Positions 63,220 through 64,000 of a stretch of 64,000 nucleotides of DNA are shown one piece after another (positions within the stretch are counted from its first letter, which is position 1; each line of letters opens with the position of its first letter). The position numbers were made by a program, and so were the translations under genes. A model generated the notes under the pieces. It worked only from the letters and a program-made list of their open reading frames with translations, was not told the origin of the DNA and did not search any database. The stretch covers positions 1 through 64,000 of the forward strand of contig JAAILG010000112.1 of the NCBI GenBank assembly GCA_012026655.1, in the 5' to 3' direction. Source of the DNA: Hydrolagus affinis. Its lineage: Eukaryota.

Positions 63220-63530
63220 CACAGGCTAGGGTGACAATTCAATGCTAGGGTGTGCTGCATTGCTGAAGATGGATGAGATTTTTAACCAAAGTCCCATCTA
63301 TCTGTTCAAGTGGACTTTTACAATTTCACTGGCACTATTCGAAAAGAGAAGTGAGTGTCTCCCAATATCCTGGTCAACAATCCCCAAAATAAAATTAGTC
63401 ACATATTGGCTGCTGTGTTCACCTACAAAACATACCGTAACTTCGCTGTACAGTAATATCCTGGAAAGCACTATCAGGCATCTCAATGACATCATAAGCT
63501 GCTATATCAAATACAAAGATTATTTTATTT
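63220..63530 (+). mobile_element. Old Deu-domain SINE
   Basis: GTGCTGCATTG..GGATGAGATTTTTAACC..GTGGAC..GGCACTATTCGAAAAGAG..TCCTGGTCAACAAT core, then tail. Confidence 0.75.
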
Positions 63531-63554
63531 TGTTGCATTTTTCACCTTACCTGA

Positions 63555-63680
63555 TCCCAAAGCACCCCCACCCCCCCACCCCTCTACCACTCCATTCAGG
63601 TCCTAATCCATGTCTGTTCAGTGCCTTAGGTCCTCCTCCTGACGTGAATGATGTTTCACAAATGTAATTTTGTATTGTAT
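63555..63680 (+). mobile_element. L2 3' UTR/tail fragment
   Basis: CTGTTCAGTGCCTTAGGTCCTCCTCCTGACGTGAA..AATGTAATTTTG. Confidence 0.7.
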
Positions 63681-63841
63681 TTATGGTCACAGTTGAATTA
63701 TGGACACTTATTGTGTTGTGAAGTGGCACCTAGCATGAAATATTTGAAATAGGGCCAATTGTGGAACTAGAAGAAGGAAATCTTTCATCCTGTCATTCTT
63801 AATTGGATCTAAACCCAGGATTCTGAAATGAAAAGTGTGTC

Positions 63842-63871
63842 AACTAACTAACTAATAACTAACTAACTAAC
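63842..63871 (+). repeat. (AACT)n microsatellite
   Basis: Directly visible, with one interruption. Confidence 0.85.
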
Positions 63872-63904
63872 ACCCAATCATCACATGTGGTCACTTTTTT
63901 CTCA

Positions 63905-64000
63905 TATATTATGCATAACCTTTAGCAGCAGTCTCCCATAAACAAATCCCTGTGGATTAAAATGACCAATTTATTACAGTTTTTTTGGGGGACGGATTAT
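63905..64000 (-). mobile_element. SINE (3' half) running off the window end
   Basis: CCCATAAAC..GTGGATTAAAATGACCAATTT..GGACGGATTAT matches the revcomp of the short variant. Confidence 0.7.

Noticed and set aside
1-64000. A novel multi-gene or prokaryote-type system
   Set aside because: Coding density is near zero and the sequence is vertebrate repeat-rich DNA; no operon, intact enzyme ORF, viral gene or array is present.

Overview
This is AT-rich vertebrate non-coding DNA (intergenic or a large intron) dominated by decayed transposable elements. I found no supportable host protein-coding gene, rRNA, true tRNA or CRISPR array. The longer ORFs in the track are L2, CR1 or Tigger pseudo-ORFs, their antisense shadows, or chance ORFs. 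The repeat content comprises L2 LINEs with (TTG)n tails, tRNA-headed SINEs with Deu-domain 3' halves and L2-like tails, older full Deu-domain SINEs, CR1 LINEs with ATTCTATG-type tails and Penelope-type palindromes. This mix points to a cartilaginous fish, most likely a chimaera or elephant-shark-like genome (inference, no database check). Rarer elements are a Tigger/pogo transposase relic with a nested young MITE end, an R4/Dong-type restriction-like-endonuclease LINE fragment sitting in a (TAA)n tail, a short non-autonomous Helitron and hammerhead-ribozyme-like Penelope palindromes. I did not find a convincing new biological system; the best leads are TE-biology observations, a few unexplained hairpins and TE-poor candidate conserved non-coding blocks. 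All family assignments are from recalled motifs, and most TE boundaries are approximate (+/- tens of bp).
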